From the human T2T-CHM13v2.0 reference genome, Homo sapiens: DNA of 64,000 nucleotides. Positions 27,618 through 42,170 of this stretch are shown piece by piece. Made by a program: the position numbers and the translations under genes. The stretch is taken from NCBI RefSeq assembly GCF_009914755.1, contig NC_060940.1; one strand, written 5' to 3'. Position 1 is the first letter of the stretch; the number at the start of each line of letters is the position of its first letter. The notes below the pieces were generated by a model that was not told the DNA's origin, did no database searches, and worked only from the letters and a program-made list of their open reading frames with translations.

Positions 27618-28416
27618 ATTTAACCAGTGTGGGAACCCGCTTTATAGGCTCCCATTATTGGTCCCTTTCCATTGCACTACAATAATTGTGCCAAATAACT
27701 AATATTAAATGAGCATTTGAAATAAAAAGCAAAATGTCTGCATGGAGGTTCTAGCAAAATATAATAAACTATTTGGTGAGATTGCATAACACAGCCTGAA
27801 TTGGCTGATCTCATAACTTGGCCTAAAGAACAACTGAAGCTGGCCGCCTTTCCGTTTTGTTGTCATTATCATTGTTGTTATTTTCTAGGATAAATAATGG
27901 AAACAATGCCTACTTTAAGAATATCACTGAGGCCCATGGATATTATGAAGAGGACCTTTAAAAAACCGTGGGTTTTGTAAGCTAGCAGTAAAGAGCATTA
28001 TGCTAACGGGGAGCCATATTTCTGCCTCAACAGGAAACAACCAACACAAAACAAAACAAAGCAAACAAGAGCAGAGTGAGGAGATCAACAGGAAAAAATA
28101 TGTCAGTAAAGGGGGTAAGCTCCTTCTTCCACAATTAGGGAATATTTCTGCAAGTGCCTGCTGCCTTGTTCCTTACCGGAAGAACTCACAGGACAATGGA
28201 CCAGATTCACACTATAGACTGGCTGCAAGTTTTTCAGAGCCAGGAGAAGAAGGGAAAAGGACCCTTTTCAGGCGGGATGCTTGCCTGAAAAGACGATTTG
28301 GGACAATTCTACTGCGGCAGAAATTAAAGAGGATGCCTTACTGCTTTTGAGATTGTTGCACATTTAGAATACTCGCAAGAAATAGCCTGAGGCCAAGTGC
28401 TCCCCAAAGTCACCCC

Positions 28417-28455
28417 TATATATATATTTGTGTGTGTGTGTGTGTGTGTGTGTTT
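28417..28455. repeat. (TA)n(TG)n compound microsatellite
   Basis: Direct reading. Confidence 0.9.
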
Positions 28456-28882
28456 GTAGTATATATGTATAATACACACGGAGAGAGAAATAGGTATACA
28501 TGTGTAATACACACACAGACATGTATATATGGAGACAGAGCAAGAGAAATTATTTCCTCAGTAAGCCTCATGTATATTCCATAACTTTTAAAATTTTTAC
28601 CATTTCAACAAATTCCAGTAATAGACTCTATATTTTCAGCTCCAACTCTAAGTGACTGTATCTAAACTACAGTTTATTTTATTTATTTAACAGCAGTGTG
28701 ATGGATGCTGAAGATGTTGGTCATGAAAATAACTCTGTAAGTAGTCAAGCCATGCTTGTCTCCTGCAAGTTATGCCCGTGAAATGGGAAGAGACTTAGAG
28801 ATTAAAAACATTGTAGCATTTGTCTGTGGGAGGGTTTTGACTTAAAAGGACCTGCTTCATGATTGTCACTATGACCATCATG

Positions 28883-29252
28883 TGACTGAGTGGCTTAAAC
28901 AGTAGATATCTGTATTATCACAGCTCTGGTGCCTGGAAATCTAAAATCTGGGTGCCAGCAGAGTTGGTTTCCACGGAGAACTCTTTCCTTAGCTTGCAGA
29001 TGGCTGCTTTTTGGCTGCCTGTTCTCATGGTCTTTTTTCTGTGCCTGTGCCTTCCTGGTGTATCTATGTGTTGTTCTAAGATCATCTTCTGAAAAGGAAG
29101 CTAGTCAGATTGGATTAGGGCTCACCTTACCTGCCTCATTGTAACTTAATCACTTTTTCTAAAGCCCCATCTGCAAATACAGCCATATTCTCATGTACTG
29201 GGGTTTAAGATGTCAAAACATGAATTTTTCAGACACAATTCAGGCCATAACA
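28883..29252 (-). mobile_element. MLT1A0-like MaLR LTR (3' LTR of a provirus)
   Basis: gagtggcttaaacag...gattggattagggctcacc...aaatacagccatattct...gacacaattcaggccataaca. Confidence 0.85.
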
Positions 29253-30662
29253 TTCCACCCTCAACTCCTAAAATTCATGTTCTTCTCACACAAAATACAT
29301 TCAGTCCCATCCCAGCAGCCCCAAAATCTTAACTCATTCCAGCATCAACCCTGAGTCCCGAAATCTCATCTCAACATCAGCTAAATCAAGCTTGGATGAC
29401 ACTTCAGGTATGATTTATCTTGAGGCAAAGTTCCTCTCCAGCTATGAACCTGTGAAACCAAAAAAAGTATCTGCTTCCAAAATACAGTGGTGGGACAGGC
29501 ATGGGACACACATTCTCATTTTAAAAGAAAGAAAGCAGAAAGATGGAAAAGGTCTTGGGTCCCAAGCAAGTCCAAAAGCTGGCAGGGCCAAGTACATTTG
29601 ATTTTAAGAATTAAGAATAATCCCCTTTGGCTCCATGCTCTGTCCTCAAGTGCAGTGGGGTGGCAGGTCTGCATTCTAGGCCTTCTGGGTACCATTATCA
29701 CTCTCTTCAGACCTGGACAGCAGCCCCATCCCTGCAACTTTCAACTTTCAGTGGCTATCCTGGCATAAGACCCTGAATGATGGAAGCCTGACCCATTAAA
29801 ACTGAGGAGAGGACCCCAGACCCTGAAACCAAGGAAAAGGCAACCTTGCCAGCCCTCACCTACCTCACTGTACTCAGTCTTTGGTAAGAGTATCAGTCCT
29901 GTTTATCTCTGAATTGCCTTTGGAGATTGATCTTCCCTTTTCCTGAAGGATAATTCAGGTTTAAAGCTCCATAGCTTTATTGTACAATCCTCCAGAATAC
30001 AAGAGTCCAACACCCTTCCTTCATTTTGTTCTGTATCTTCCTTAGTAGAAGCTGGCAATGTTTCTGCTAGCACAAAACCATCTCTATTTTAGGCTTCTGC
30101 TGATTATATCCATGAGTTACACCCATAAACTGTTTATGGAGTGATTGTTCAGCCAAACACTTTGTATTCTTTCCACAAAATACTTCCTCAGTGTTTGCAA
30201 CATGGATAGGCTGACAATTTCCAGATCTTCATTCCCTGGTTTCTTTCTGCATAACAATGTTCTTTTTCAATTTATCTGTCTTCTCTCACATTTTTTTTTT
30301 CCGTAAGTACCAAGGAGAAGCCAGGCTGTGTCTTCAAAATTTTGCTTAGAAATCCCCTCATCTAAACATCCACGTTTTTCACTTCTTAATTTCAACTTTC
30401 CACAAAACACTAGAACACAGTTTGTCCCGATTCTTTGCCCCTTGATAGCAAGGACTACCTTTCCTCTAGTTTCCAATAACACAGTCCTTATTTCTATCTA
30501 ATACCTCACCAGATGATATTTCCAACATCAGGCTCTTCAAGGGAAGCTGGGCTTTTTCTAACATATACCTTAAAACTCCTTCGGCCTCTGTTTATTACCC
30601 AGTTCCAAAGCCACTTCCACATTTTTAGGTATTTGTTACAGCAATGCGATAGTACTAAAATC
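29253..30662 (-). mobile_element. MaLR internal region (MLT1A0-int-like)
   Basis: Starts ttccaccctc...aaattcatgttcttctcaca (PPT side) and ends gccacttccacatttttaggtatttgttacagcaa...gtactaaaatc (PBS side). Confidence 0.8.
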
Positions 30663-31422
30663 TGTATTAGATAGGGTCCTCTAGATAAACAGAACCAAGA
30701 GTATTAACATATGCATATGAAGGAACTGGCTCAGGTGATTTTGCAGCTTTGGTGAGAAGGCTGGATATCCAGGGAAGAGTTGCAGCTGAAGTCCAGAGAC
30801 AGTCGGCCGGCAGAATTTTTTCTCTTAAGGGGTGGTCAATCTGGTCTTTTAAAGCCTTTTACTGATTGGATGAGGCCCACTGATAGCGTTTGGGTCTATG
30901 TCTCTGCCCAAATCCTATGTCAAATTGCAATAATCATTATTGGAGGTCTGGGGCCTGGTGGGAGGTGATTTGATCACAGGGATGGATTTCTCCTTTGGTG
31001 CTGTTCTGCTGATAGTGAGTTATCACACAATCTGTTTGTTTAAAAGTACATGGCACCTCCCCATTCTCTCTCTTTCTCCTGCTCCAGCCATGTAACACAT
31101 GTCTGCTCCCCCTTTGTCTTCTGCCATGACTGTAAGTTTCCTGAGGCTTCCTTAGTCATGCTTCCTGTACACCTGTGGAACTGTGAGCCAATTAAACCTT
31201 TCTCTATAAATTACTCAGTCTCAGGTAGTTCTTTATAGCAATGAGAGAATGGACTAATACATCCATCCACATTATAAAGGGTAATCTGTTTTACTCAATG
31301 TCCACAGATTTAAATGTTAATCTCATGCAAAACACACCTTTACAGAAATATCCAGAATAATGATTGATCAAATATCTGAACACCGTGATCTAATCCCATT
31401 ACACATAAAATTGATCATCACA
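30663..31422 (-). mobile_element. MLT2C/D-like ERVL LTR interrupted by MSTA
   Basis: tgtattagatagggtcctctagataaacagaacc...actgattggatgaggcccac [MSTA] ccacattataaagggtaatctg...cataaaattgatcatcaca. Confidence 0.8.
30881..31261 (+). mobile_element. MSTA solo LTR
   Basis: tgatagcgtttgggtctatgtctctgcccaaatc...catgcttcctgtacacctgtggaactgtgagccaattaaacc...ggactaataca. Confidence 0.88.
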
Positions 31423-31984
31423 AACTATTAATGGTTTTTCTCCACCACTGAATAAAGTTGTTACTAAGTAGATATAATTTCTACATGTGATTTTTATACA
31501 TTAAAAGTGGCTTTTAGTTTTAAAAATGAGATACATTATATTTTATAGTAGCAATTTATTTTGATATATTAGCTGTGTGTGTGTGTGTATATATATATAT
31601 ATTTATACTGAATAGCCACGATTGAGTGACTTTGTGACAAAACATGTGACTGTTTAATTGAATACTAATATTACTATGTATTCAAATTTAATTCTAGCCC
31701 ATTTTGAGCTCAAAGTACGTAAATATGTAGGCCAAAGTTATGTTATCTAATTAGGAATAGCAAAGATAGTAAAATATTTTATACTAAGGATACATAAGTC
31801 AATTGAGCCTTGTGTTATGGAGCAATTTGTAACTCTGCTAAATGAAACTGAATATGGCTGATTTATTGATAACACATATGATAGGTTGTGTTATTACAAC
31901 CTTAATTACAATTTCTTCTTAAGTAGAATTTGCACCAGCCTCTCCAAATATCTTGCTTTTCATTGAATATTTTATGTTATTTTT

Positions 31985-33239
31985 TGATATGGTTTGGCTG
32001 TGCCCCCATCCAAATCTCAACTTGTATTGTAATAATCCCCATGTATCATGGGGAGGGACATGGTGGGAGGTAATTGAATCCTGGGGGTGGGTTTCTTCAT
32101 GCTGTTCTTGGCAGCTTCCACATGGTGTTCAGCCTGTGGGTGTACAGAAGTCAAGAATTGAAGATTGGGAACCCTCACCTAGCTTTCAGAGGATGTATGC
32201 AAATGCCAGGATATATAGGCAGAAGTTTGCTGCAGGTGGTCCCATATGGAGAACCTCTGCTAGGTCAGTGCAGAAGAGAAATGAGGAGTTGGAGCCCTCA
32301 CAGAGATTCCCCACTGGGGCACTGCCTAGTGGAGATGTGTGAAGAGGACCACTGTCCTCCAGACCCCTGAATTGTATCTCCACTGACAGCTTGCTCTGTG
32401 TGTCTGGAAAAGCCACAGACACTCAACACCAGCCCATGAAAGCAGCCAGGAGGGAGGCTGTACCCAGCAAGCCACAGGGGTGGAGCTGCCCAAGACCATA
32501 GGGACCTACCTCTTGCATCAGTGTGACCTGAATGTGGGACGTGGAGTCAAACAAGATCATTTTGGAGCTTTAAGATTTGGTTGCCCCACTGAATTTCAGA
32601 CTTGCATAGGGCCAGTAGCCCCTTCATTTTGGCCAATTTCTTCCTTTTAGAATGGGTGTATTTACCCAATGCCTGTACCTCCATTGTATCTAGAAAGTAA
32701 CTAACTTGCTTTTGATTTTACAGGCTCATAGGCGGAAGGGAATTGCATTGTCTCAGTTGAAACTTTGGATTGTGGACTTTTGAGTTAAGGCTCAAATGAA
32801 TTAAGACTTTGGGGGACTGTTAGGAAGGAATGAATGGTTTTGAAATGTGAGGATATGAGATTTGGGAGTGGCCGGGGTAAGATAATATGGTTTGGCTGTG
32901 TCCCCACTCAAATCTCACCTTGAATTGTAATAATCCCCATGTGTCATGGAGGGGCCTGGTGGGAGGTAATTCAATCATGGGGGTGGGTTTTTCCCTTGCT
33001 GTTTTCATGATAGTGAATAAGTTTCATGAGATCTGATGGTTTTATAAAGGGGAGTTCCCCTGCACATGCTCTCTTGCCAGTCACCATGTAAGACATACCT
33101 TTGCACCTCATTCACCTTCTACCATGATTGTGAGCCCTTCCCTGCCATGTGGAACTGTGAGTCAATGAAACCTCTTTTCTTTATAAATTATCCAGTCTCA
33201 GGTATGTCTTTATTAGCAGCCTGAGAACAGACTAATACA
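31985..33239 (+). mobile_element. THE1B/C provirus: partial 5' LTR, 3' half of THE1-int, full 3' LTR (32883-33239)
   Basis: Two LTR starts; internal sequence tggcagcttccacatggtg...gagatttgggagtggccgggg; TSD TTTTT. Confidence 0.9.
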
Positions 33240-33519
33240 TTTTTTGATTCAATAACTTTTCAAGTGATGCTTGTTTTGTTTGTAATATATTTCTTGTCAC
33301 TCCTCCTAGTTAACTTTTTCCTGACCTTTAATATTCAGCTCATGCATTATTTTTCCTGTGAATATTTTCTCAATGTAGTCTCTCTCTTTTTTAGACTTGT
33401 GCAACCTTTCAGCCCTTACCTCATTTGGATCATGTATCATTTTTATTGCAAATAATTTTTATATATTGAATTAATTAATAAGAATTTATTTTTATTGCTA
33501 TTGACCCAACTTTGGTAGA

Positions 33520-33905
33520 AAATATGTTGACCATTGCTTACTGATGTATGCACTGCCTTTTTTCCTTATTAACAGGACCCAGATTTTGTTCATAGTGTCA
33601 GTTTGATGAGTATGAACATATATTTGGCCTTCATTTTCCCCTATTTCTTTCCGTATGGAATATGATCAAGGTATTTAAGTGTGAGGAAGATGAATATGGA
33701 CAAGAGTTAACTTGTAAGCATGAGGTTGAGAGAAATATGCTAAGAACAACGGGTCAAAAAGAGAGGAGTGTGAGGTATTGATGACAATGTCTCCTATAGA
33801 TCCATACTTGAACAATCTGTCCCAAGATTTCCTGTTGCTCGTGAAAATATGAACTGAATCTTCTCTTTTCTGTTATTTGCAGTCAATATGATCCTGACTA
33901 ATTTA
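33520..33905 (+). mobile_element. Old MLT1 (J/K/L-like) LTR remnant
   Basis: aacaggacccagattttgttca ... tctgttatttgcagtcaatatgatcctgactaat. Confidence 0.45.
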
Positions 33906-35821
33906 CTTACTCAAAATGAAGAAAAAAGTAAAAGAATAATTAATTGGTTTAAATTATTAGATATATTTAAAAATTATATATATACACACACACATATATA
34001 CATACACAGAGAAATGCATTTCTCTGATTTCCTCTGTCATACTATTTTGCACAGGGACTTTCACCATTGCAATTGGAAAAATGGCTTACAGAATTTCCAG
34101 GTTTATATCCTTCTGGTTTAAAACTCTGCAAAAAGTGAACTGTATTTTCTTGATCATTTTAACATAAATCTCTGAACTTATAGATTCACATATCCATTGT
34201 CCAAACATCCACTCATATGAAGGAATGGAATACACTGATAGTTGTAGATATAAAATAAGATTTTTTTCTCCAAGCAAAATCTGGCTGTGAAGACTATACA
34301 AAGAACAATGGGTGCTGAAAGAATGTCAACAAATGTTCATTAAGTATATTGATCTAAATTTCTGAAAAATATAAATTCTTATTCTTCTGTGAATCCTGCA
34401 TCTACACTGCATGATTTACAAAGAATACTATTATGATATCAGTATATATTTGCAGAAAAATTGTGAGAGTGGAAGGGATGAAATGAGACAAAGAAAAACA
34501 GAGGAATAAAGAGAAAGAGGAATAAAAGATAAGAAAGAGAGGGTTTCATGACTACGCTTTTTCAGGTCTTCAGTCCAGAATCTGACTAATTATTTTTATA
34601 TTTTTCACTTTGTTTCTCATTGTTTTATTTTCCTGTGTTCAATAATAGGATTGAAGGCAGGAGAATTTCTGCTCAGTTACTCACACAAGGAGTCTGGATA
34701 ATGCAATTATGATAACATAAGAATGGATTTGAGAGTTTACTGACACATTGAATTTGATTATCTCTCTTATTCACTTGATTCACCTGTTTTATTTTCTCAT
34801 AAGTGAACCAGGAAGAAGCAGTTATCTCTAGAGAGTGGTTATTACGTTTTTGCCTAATATTTTTAGAGTCAAGTAATTCACAATTCTGATAAGGTTGGGA
34901 GATTTTGAGATGTTGAAATGATTGCCAGAAACAAACTCATTTAAGGAGTCCCTATTCTCATGTCACAAGTCATTAATTCAATAAACTAACGTCAGATCTT
35001 GAATATTTACCTGACCATCTAGAGCCCATTATTAAAATCAAACCTAACCACGTGACCTCCAATGTTTATGGACAGAATGGTGTGCATAACCTTAATTCTA
35101 CTCAGCATGCAGCATCTCCCAGCTTGCTACTGAAACAATAATTGTCACGATTTTATCTGGGTAGACATGGGAATAGATCCAAATTATATCTCTTTCAATA
35201 TTTACCAAAAAATCCAGAGAGAAAAAATGAATGAGAGTTCTTATTTACATTTATGCTATGCCGCATAATTCCAAGCCATTGAATAGCCCCAAATCCAATG
35301 GTCAACGCTATAAAAATGAAATATTTACAATTAGACTAAAACATATTATTCACATAGATTGATATTCTAAGATTTGAGACTTAAACAGAAGGATACGTCT
35401 GGAGGATTTTTTTTCAAAATAAAATGAATTTGTTATATATCTAAATAATATACTTGAGGCTGACAAAAGAGAACATTGCTTCTATCCATAAATGAAAGCT
35501 CTTTTCCTGAGAAGGTTTGCTAAATATTGGGTACAAATATTTTAGGAATAACTGAAGCATTATTACACATGAATGGAGATACGATTTTGTGATTCTACAA
35601 TTTAGAGCTAGGTTTACAGTAAAATAATTCTTAGTAAAATCCATAAATGTTAGGAATAATCAATATTTAAAAACAACAAAACTAATATTTATACAGTACT
35701 TGCTCTGTGACAGACCTTACTAAAATGGTTTACTTGCAATGACCCAATTCAACTATTATGTACGTTCTTTTATCTGCTCATATTAGAGATGAGAATGGTC
35801 ATTATAAAATCTCAGATTATT

Positions 35822-36106
<285 letters not shown>

Positions 36107-36475
36107 TCAGATTATCAAAAAACAAGCACAAAAAGATGAGGTCCTACTGTGAACAAAACACTGTACCAGTCCCAAGGGTATAAAAGTGTGTTTATTGATT
36201 CAGGAACCCATAAGATTTGAATGTCTACCGTGTACCAAGACAGGGTACTGAGCACTGGAATAAGTTGAGTGTGCAATGGAGATTAGTCACATGTGTAAAT
36301 AATTTCAGTACAGCATCATATATGTAGTATAGGAGACAAAAACAATTATTTGAAGCACAACTATGGGATCAATTATACTCAGGGAGGCTTCATGGAGGAG
36401 GTAACATTAGAATGGAGTGTGGAAGGATAAAGAGAATTTGATTCATTACAGAAAGAGGATATATTCATTCTACAT

Positions 36476-36700
36476 CAGAGTTTCTGAAGGTTAGCACTAT
36501 TGGCATTTTGGAACAACAAATCTTTGCTGGAGCAGAAGGACGAGGAAGGCTATTTTAGGCTCTGTAGTATACTTAGCAACATGTCCGCCCTCTGCCCACT
36601 AAGTGCCAATTGCAGCTGTCGTAAGTTCAAAAATGTCTCCAGACATTTCTAAATATTCCATGGGTATGGGGTCACAATTGATCCCAGCTGAAAACTGCTG
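36476..36700. mobile_element. MER20
   Basis: gcactattggcattttgg...aaaaatgtctccagacatttctaaat...cagctgaaaactgctg. Confidence 0.7.
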
Positions 36701-39269
36701 TTGTACAGAAAAACAACATTTCCAAAATCAGAGTTCCAAAAACAGAGGTTCATCATGGCCATTAATTCTAAAGAAGATGGGGAAAGAGGATGCCAGGCAG
36801 AGAGCTACAGAGACAAGGTCACATGGAGAAAAGCCAGATAGCTACACACAGCGAGTTAGACATAGTCTCATAGATAACTGAGAGCCAAAGAAAAGCGGCA
36901 TAGTCAGATTGGCTACATGAAGAACTAACTTGGACAATTCTGTGAAGAAGAGCCTGGGTTAAAGGAATAATACTCCCTGCCTCAAATATTCACTCTCTGA
37001 AATATTTGAAATTGGGAACTTTTTCTTATTTTGCCTTATTATTAATACCACAAGTGAAAATGAATGGTGTGTTCCTATCAGTTCAGGCTAGATGGGTTTT
37101 TATAGATAAATGCATCAAATACACTTATAAATTATCATCATCACCATCATTATCTTCGTTCACAAATATTTAGTTACTTACAGACTATAAGCAAGCTTCA
37201 CTAATTCTTCATCTTCGTAGATATGTGAAATTTTCAGGTCTCTCTGTCAACATAAAAGAACTATCTAACACAAGTAAACACTGCCTTATACAATACAATT
37301 ATAGTTAAAAGCGTAATGTATTTGCCTGTTAATTCCGCTTCTAAATTACATTTTCCGTATTGTCTTCAAAATTCTCTGAAAGTCCTATTATTCCCCTAGG
37401 TATTATTCTCAATACCGCCTTTTTTCTTGACAATTTTCCAAACGTGAAATTTCTTTCTTCTTGCCTCTTCTGAAGATTACAAATGCCATGACCCCCAATG
37501 ATCCTGCACAGAGTGTTTCTTGTGTATGTCATGTCAACTGTAACAATGCAGTCTGTCAAACTCACCCCAGTCAGGAAGCCACCAGAGAGCATCCCAGGAA
37601 TTTTGATATTTACTGCATACCTATGGCATACAACTTTATGAGTGCAGTTCTCTCTCGTCAGAAATGTTGAAGCAAGTAAGAACACAACAGAAATTCTCTC
37701 AAGTAATCTCTCACTTAATTTGAAAGGTAAAAGCAGATATGTAGAGGGTGTGTGTGTGTATGTGTAATGCTCTGTGAGAAATTGTATGAAAGTGTCTAGG
37801 GTATTCAGATATACTCAGGGGCTTCACCTTGTTCTTACTCCTGTCCCTCATGCATAAAATAAACTAATTCAACTTTCCCCATTCAATACACTGAGGTCGT
37901 TTAAAATCTTAGTGGGTTAGACCATTCATTTTTAGAACATAGCACTTCTATTTAATGCAAGAATAACCCCAGAACCAGATCATTCTGTCTCAGAACCCCA
38001 TACCAGAACTCAGAATTTGTGGGTTCAGTGACATTTGCTAAATGCCCCTTGGGTTTTGGATGATCAATTTTAATATATAACGAGAAGGTAAAAAAGAAGC
38101 ATATTCCTCTATTCTTACCCTGTGCTTTGGTCATTGAACACTGATTCTAAATTCATGAAAAGCCAGGTTCTCTTTCTTAATTTGATCTTCTATTTAAGGC
38201 ATATAACTTCAGTGTTCTTTGGAGTCTGGCTGTGTTAGCCATCGTATTCTCTATTTAAGCCTCGTGTCATCTGTCAATTTGGGGAAAAAACAACAAAATA
38301 AAAAAAACATAGGCTTTTATACCTTCCTCAAGTCAGGGCTGAATAATAAGCCCAATGTGATGCTTTGCCAAGAAGTATTAAGACCTAAAATAATTTTTGA
38401 TTATTACCATTCTCAGTGTTTTCATACCAAAAGTGAATCAGAAAATTGTGTATTTGTTGCAAAAGAACAGCAGGTGCTTTCAGGAAAAAGAACTCTACCT
38501 GTGTCACTATCATTAAAAACAGTGACTTCACGCTAGTGTCAGTTGCAAAGTCGTCTTCAGTGTCAGATACAATCATTGTGGAGAGGTGGTTTCCCTTGTT
38601 ACAACCACTTCTGCTGACTCCATTACCACTACTCATGTATTTTTTTGTAGATTAATTGTTTCATATTATATGAGATGTGAATGTGTTTGTGTGTTTCTCT
38701 TCAAAGCCTTATTAATATCCCCTAAAAGAGTCTTGGTGTTATTTGCAAATGCAAATTCTTACGTAACCAAATAATAAAATTCCCTTTAATTTTTCAAAAA
38801 CAAATCATAATACATTAATAAATACTAAGTACTTTTTTCCAACCATATTTCAATAGACTTCTCAGAGTCATCTCAATAAATGCTGACCAAAAATTCTGTG
38901 CAGTAGGTACAATAATAACCTGATATTGCAAAAATGGAGACTGGAGCTTGGTGTAATTAAGGTATTTGCTGTAAATCACATGACTAACAGCTAGCAGTGC
39001 AAGAATTCTAAGCCAAATCTTCCTAATTTCACTAATGAAGACCTTAACATATATGGTTTTTTTTTTATTATCTCAGGATGCATCTTGTTAAGAGGCTATA
39101 ATGACTTTGTCTCATTACTTTACAAGTGCTTTGACATGAAGATCACTGTAGATGTCCCAGTACGATTAAAATAACATTTGTTGAAAGAAATGATTAGATC
39201 CCTTTCTTAGATGCACCCTACCATTTGTGTCAGCATGTCTCATACTGAATAATAACAGGCTCATATTTT

Positions 39270-40698
39270 AAAATTTAAATAATTTGAACTAATTAAAAGA
39301 TTGCAAAAATATTACATAATTTTCATATACCTTTCATCTAGTTTTCTATGAAGTTGTTATGTAACATTATTATGTAACTACAGTACAGTTATCAAAGCAA
39401 CACAATGTTGACATAATGCTATTATATCTACAGACCTTATTTGAACTTTTCCAGTTGATACAGTTTGGCTCTGTGTCCACACCCAAATCTCATCTCTAAT
39501 TGTAATCCTGATGTGTCGGAGGTGATTGGATTATGGGGGTGGTTTCCCCCATGCTATTCTGGAATAGTGAGTGTGTTCTCAGGAGATCTGATGGTTTAAA
39601 AGGGTTTGGCAGTTCCCCTCTTGCTCTCTTTCCCTCCTGCCAACATGTAACATGTGCCTTACTTCCCCTTCACCTTCCACCATGACTCTAAGTTTCCCAA
39701 GGCCTCTCCAGCCATGCAGAACTGTGAGTCAATTAAACCTTTTTTTTTTTAAATAAATTACCCACTCTCAGTTATTCTTTACAGCAGTGTGAAAATGAAC
39801 TAATACACTAGTATTTTTACTAATGCCCATTGCCTGCTCCAAAATCTAATCCAGGATCTCATATTGCATGTAGTTGTTATATACCCTATCCTCCAATCTG
39901 TGACATTTCTTAAATATTTATTTCTCATTCCTGGCCTTAACTGATTTGAAGATTATCAACTTATTATTTTGTACAGTGTCTCTCAGTTTGGGATCATCTG
40001 ATGTTATTTAATGATTAGAGAGAGGCTGTGCATTTGTGGCAAAAATACCACCGAAGCAAGGTTGTGTTCTGCCCTTCTAGGTACTTCACAGTCAGAGATA
40101 CACAATGTCAACATGTTTTATTATTGATAATGCTAACTCTGATTTTTTTATTTCTTTAGTTTAAACTTATTACTTTTCATTGTCATTAATCTGTATTTTG
40201 TTTGAGACTTTGAATGTACCTTCTCATTAGACTTTCACTTGCCAATTCCAACTGATTCAGATGTCTTATCTGCAGCAATAATCACTTGAGTATTTGCTAA
40301 TAGTGTTTTGTCACTATTTTTATACATTTTAATTGGTATTGTACAATAAGAGTATTGATTGATTGGTATTTATTTTATTTTATTGATCATAATACATTAT
40401 TTTCATGTATTTTCTTATTCTAATTGTCCAAAATTTATTTCTTGGAAATTCTTTCAAGTTGGCTTCCGTGTTCTCAGAATATTCCCCCACCATTTTGTAC
40501 TGCATATTTTCCCCGCTCTTGTTTTGGTGTCGCTTCTTTCTTCAAAAAGTAATGGTTTGTTTTATTGGAGAATGGTACTAAAAAAAAAATACCAAGATCT
40601 GAGTGCTAGGTGTTCTCATTGCTAGTGGAGTACCATTTCTTCTAGGCTATCTCAGTTAACAGCACTCTATCTCAGTTAACAGCACTAAGATATATATG
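39270..40698 (-). mobile_element. L1MC3/4-like 3' end (interrupted by THE1D)
   Basis: ctaatccaggatctcatattgcatgtagttg; ggagaatggtact...accaagatctgagtgctaggtgttctcattgcta. Confidence 0.7.
39456..39807 (+). mobile_element. THE1D-like solo LTR
   Basis: tgatacagtttggctctgtgtcc...aactaataca; TSD ccagt/ctagt. Confidence 0.9.
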
Positions 40699-40917
40699 TG
40701 TGTGTTTTTAACTTTATGTGTCAACTTAATTAGGCCATGGGGTGCCCAGATATTCGGTTAAACATTATTCTGGGTGTGTCTGTGAAGGTGTTTCTAGATA
40801 GGATTCACATTTGAAATGGTAGCTTGAGTAAAGCAGATCGCCATCCCCATTGTGGATGGGCCTCATCCTATTCACTGAAGGACCAAATATAACAAAAAGA
40901 CTGAGTAAGAGAAGAAT
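40699..40917 (+). mobile_element. MLT2C/D LTR 5' fragment
   Basis: tttatgtgtcaacttaattaggccatggggtgcccagatatt...gtaaagcagatcgcc...aaaaagactgagtaagag. Confidence 0.8.
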
Positions 40918-42150
<1,233 letters not shown>

Positions 42151-42170
42151 ACTAAGAATTTTTTTAAAAT

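Noticed and set aside
28000-28350. 116 aa ATG ORF in unique DNA
   Set aside because: No recognisable domain and low-complexity K/Q stretch; length is within chance expectation
31953-32422. Overlapping 78-129 aa ORFs
   Set aside because: Degenerate THE1 LTR and internal sequence
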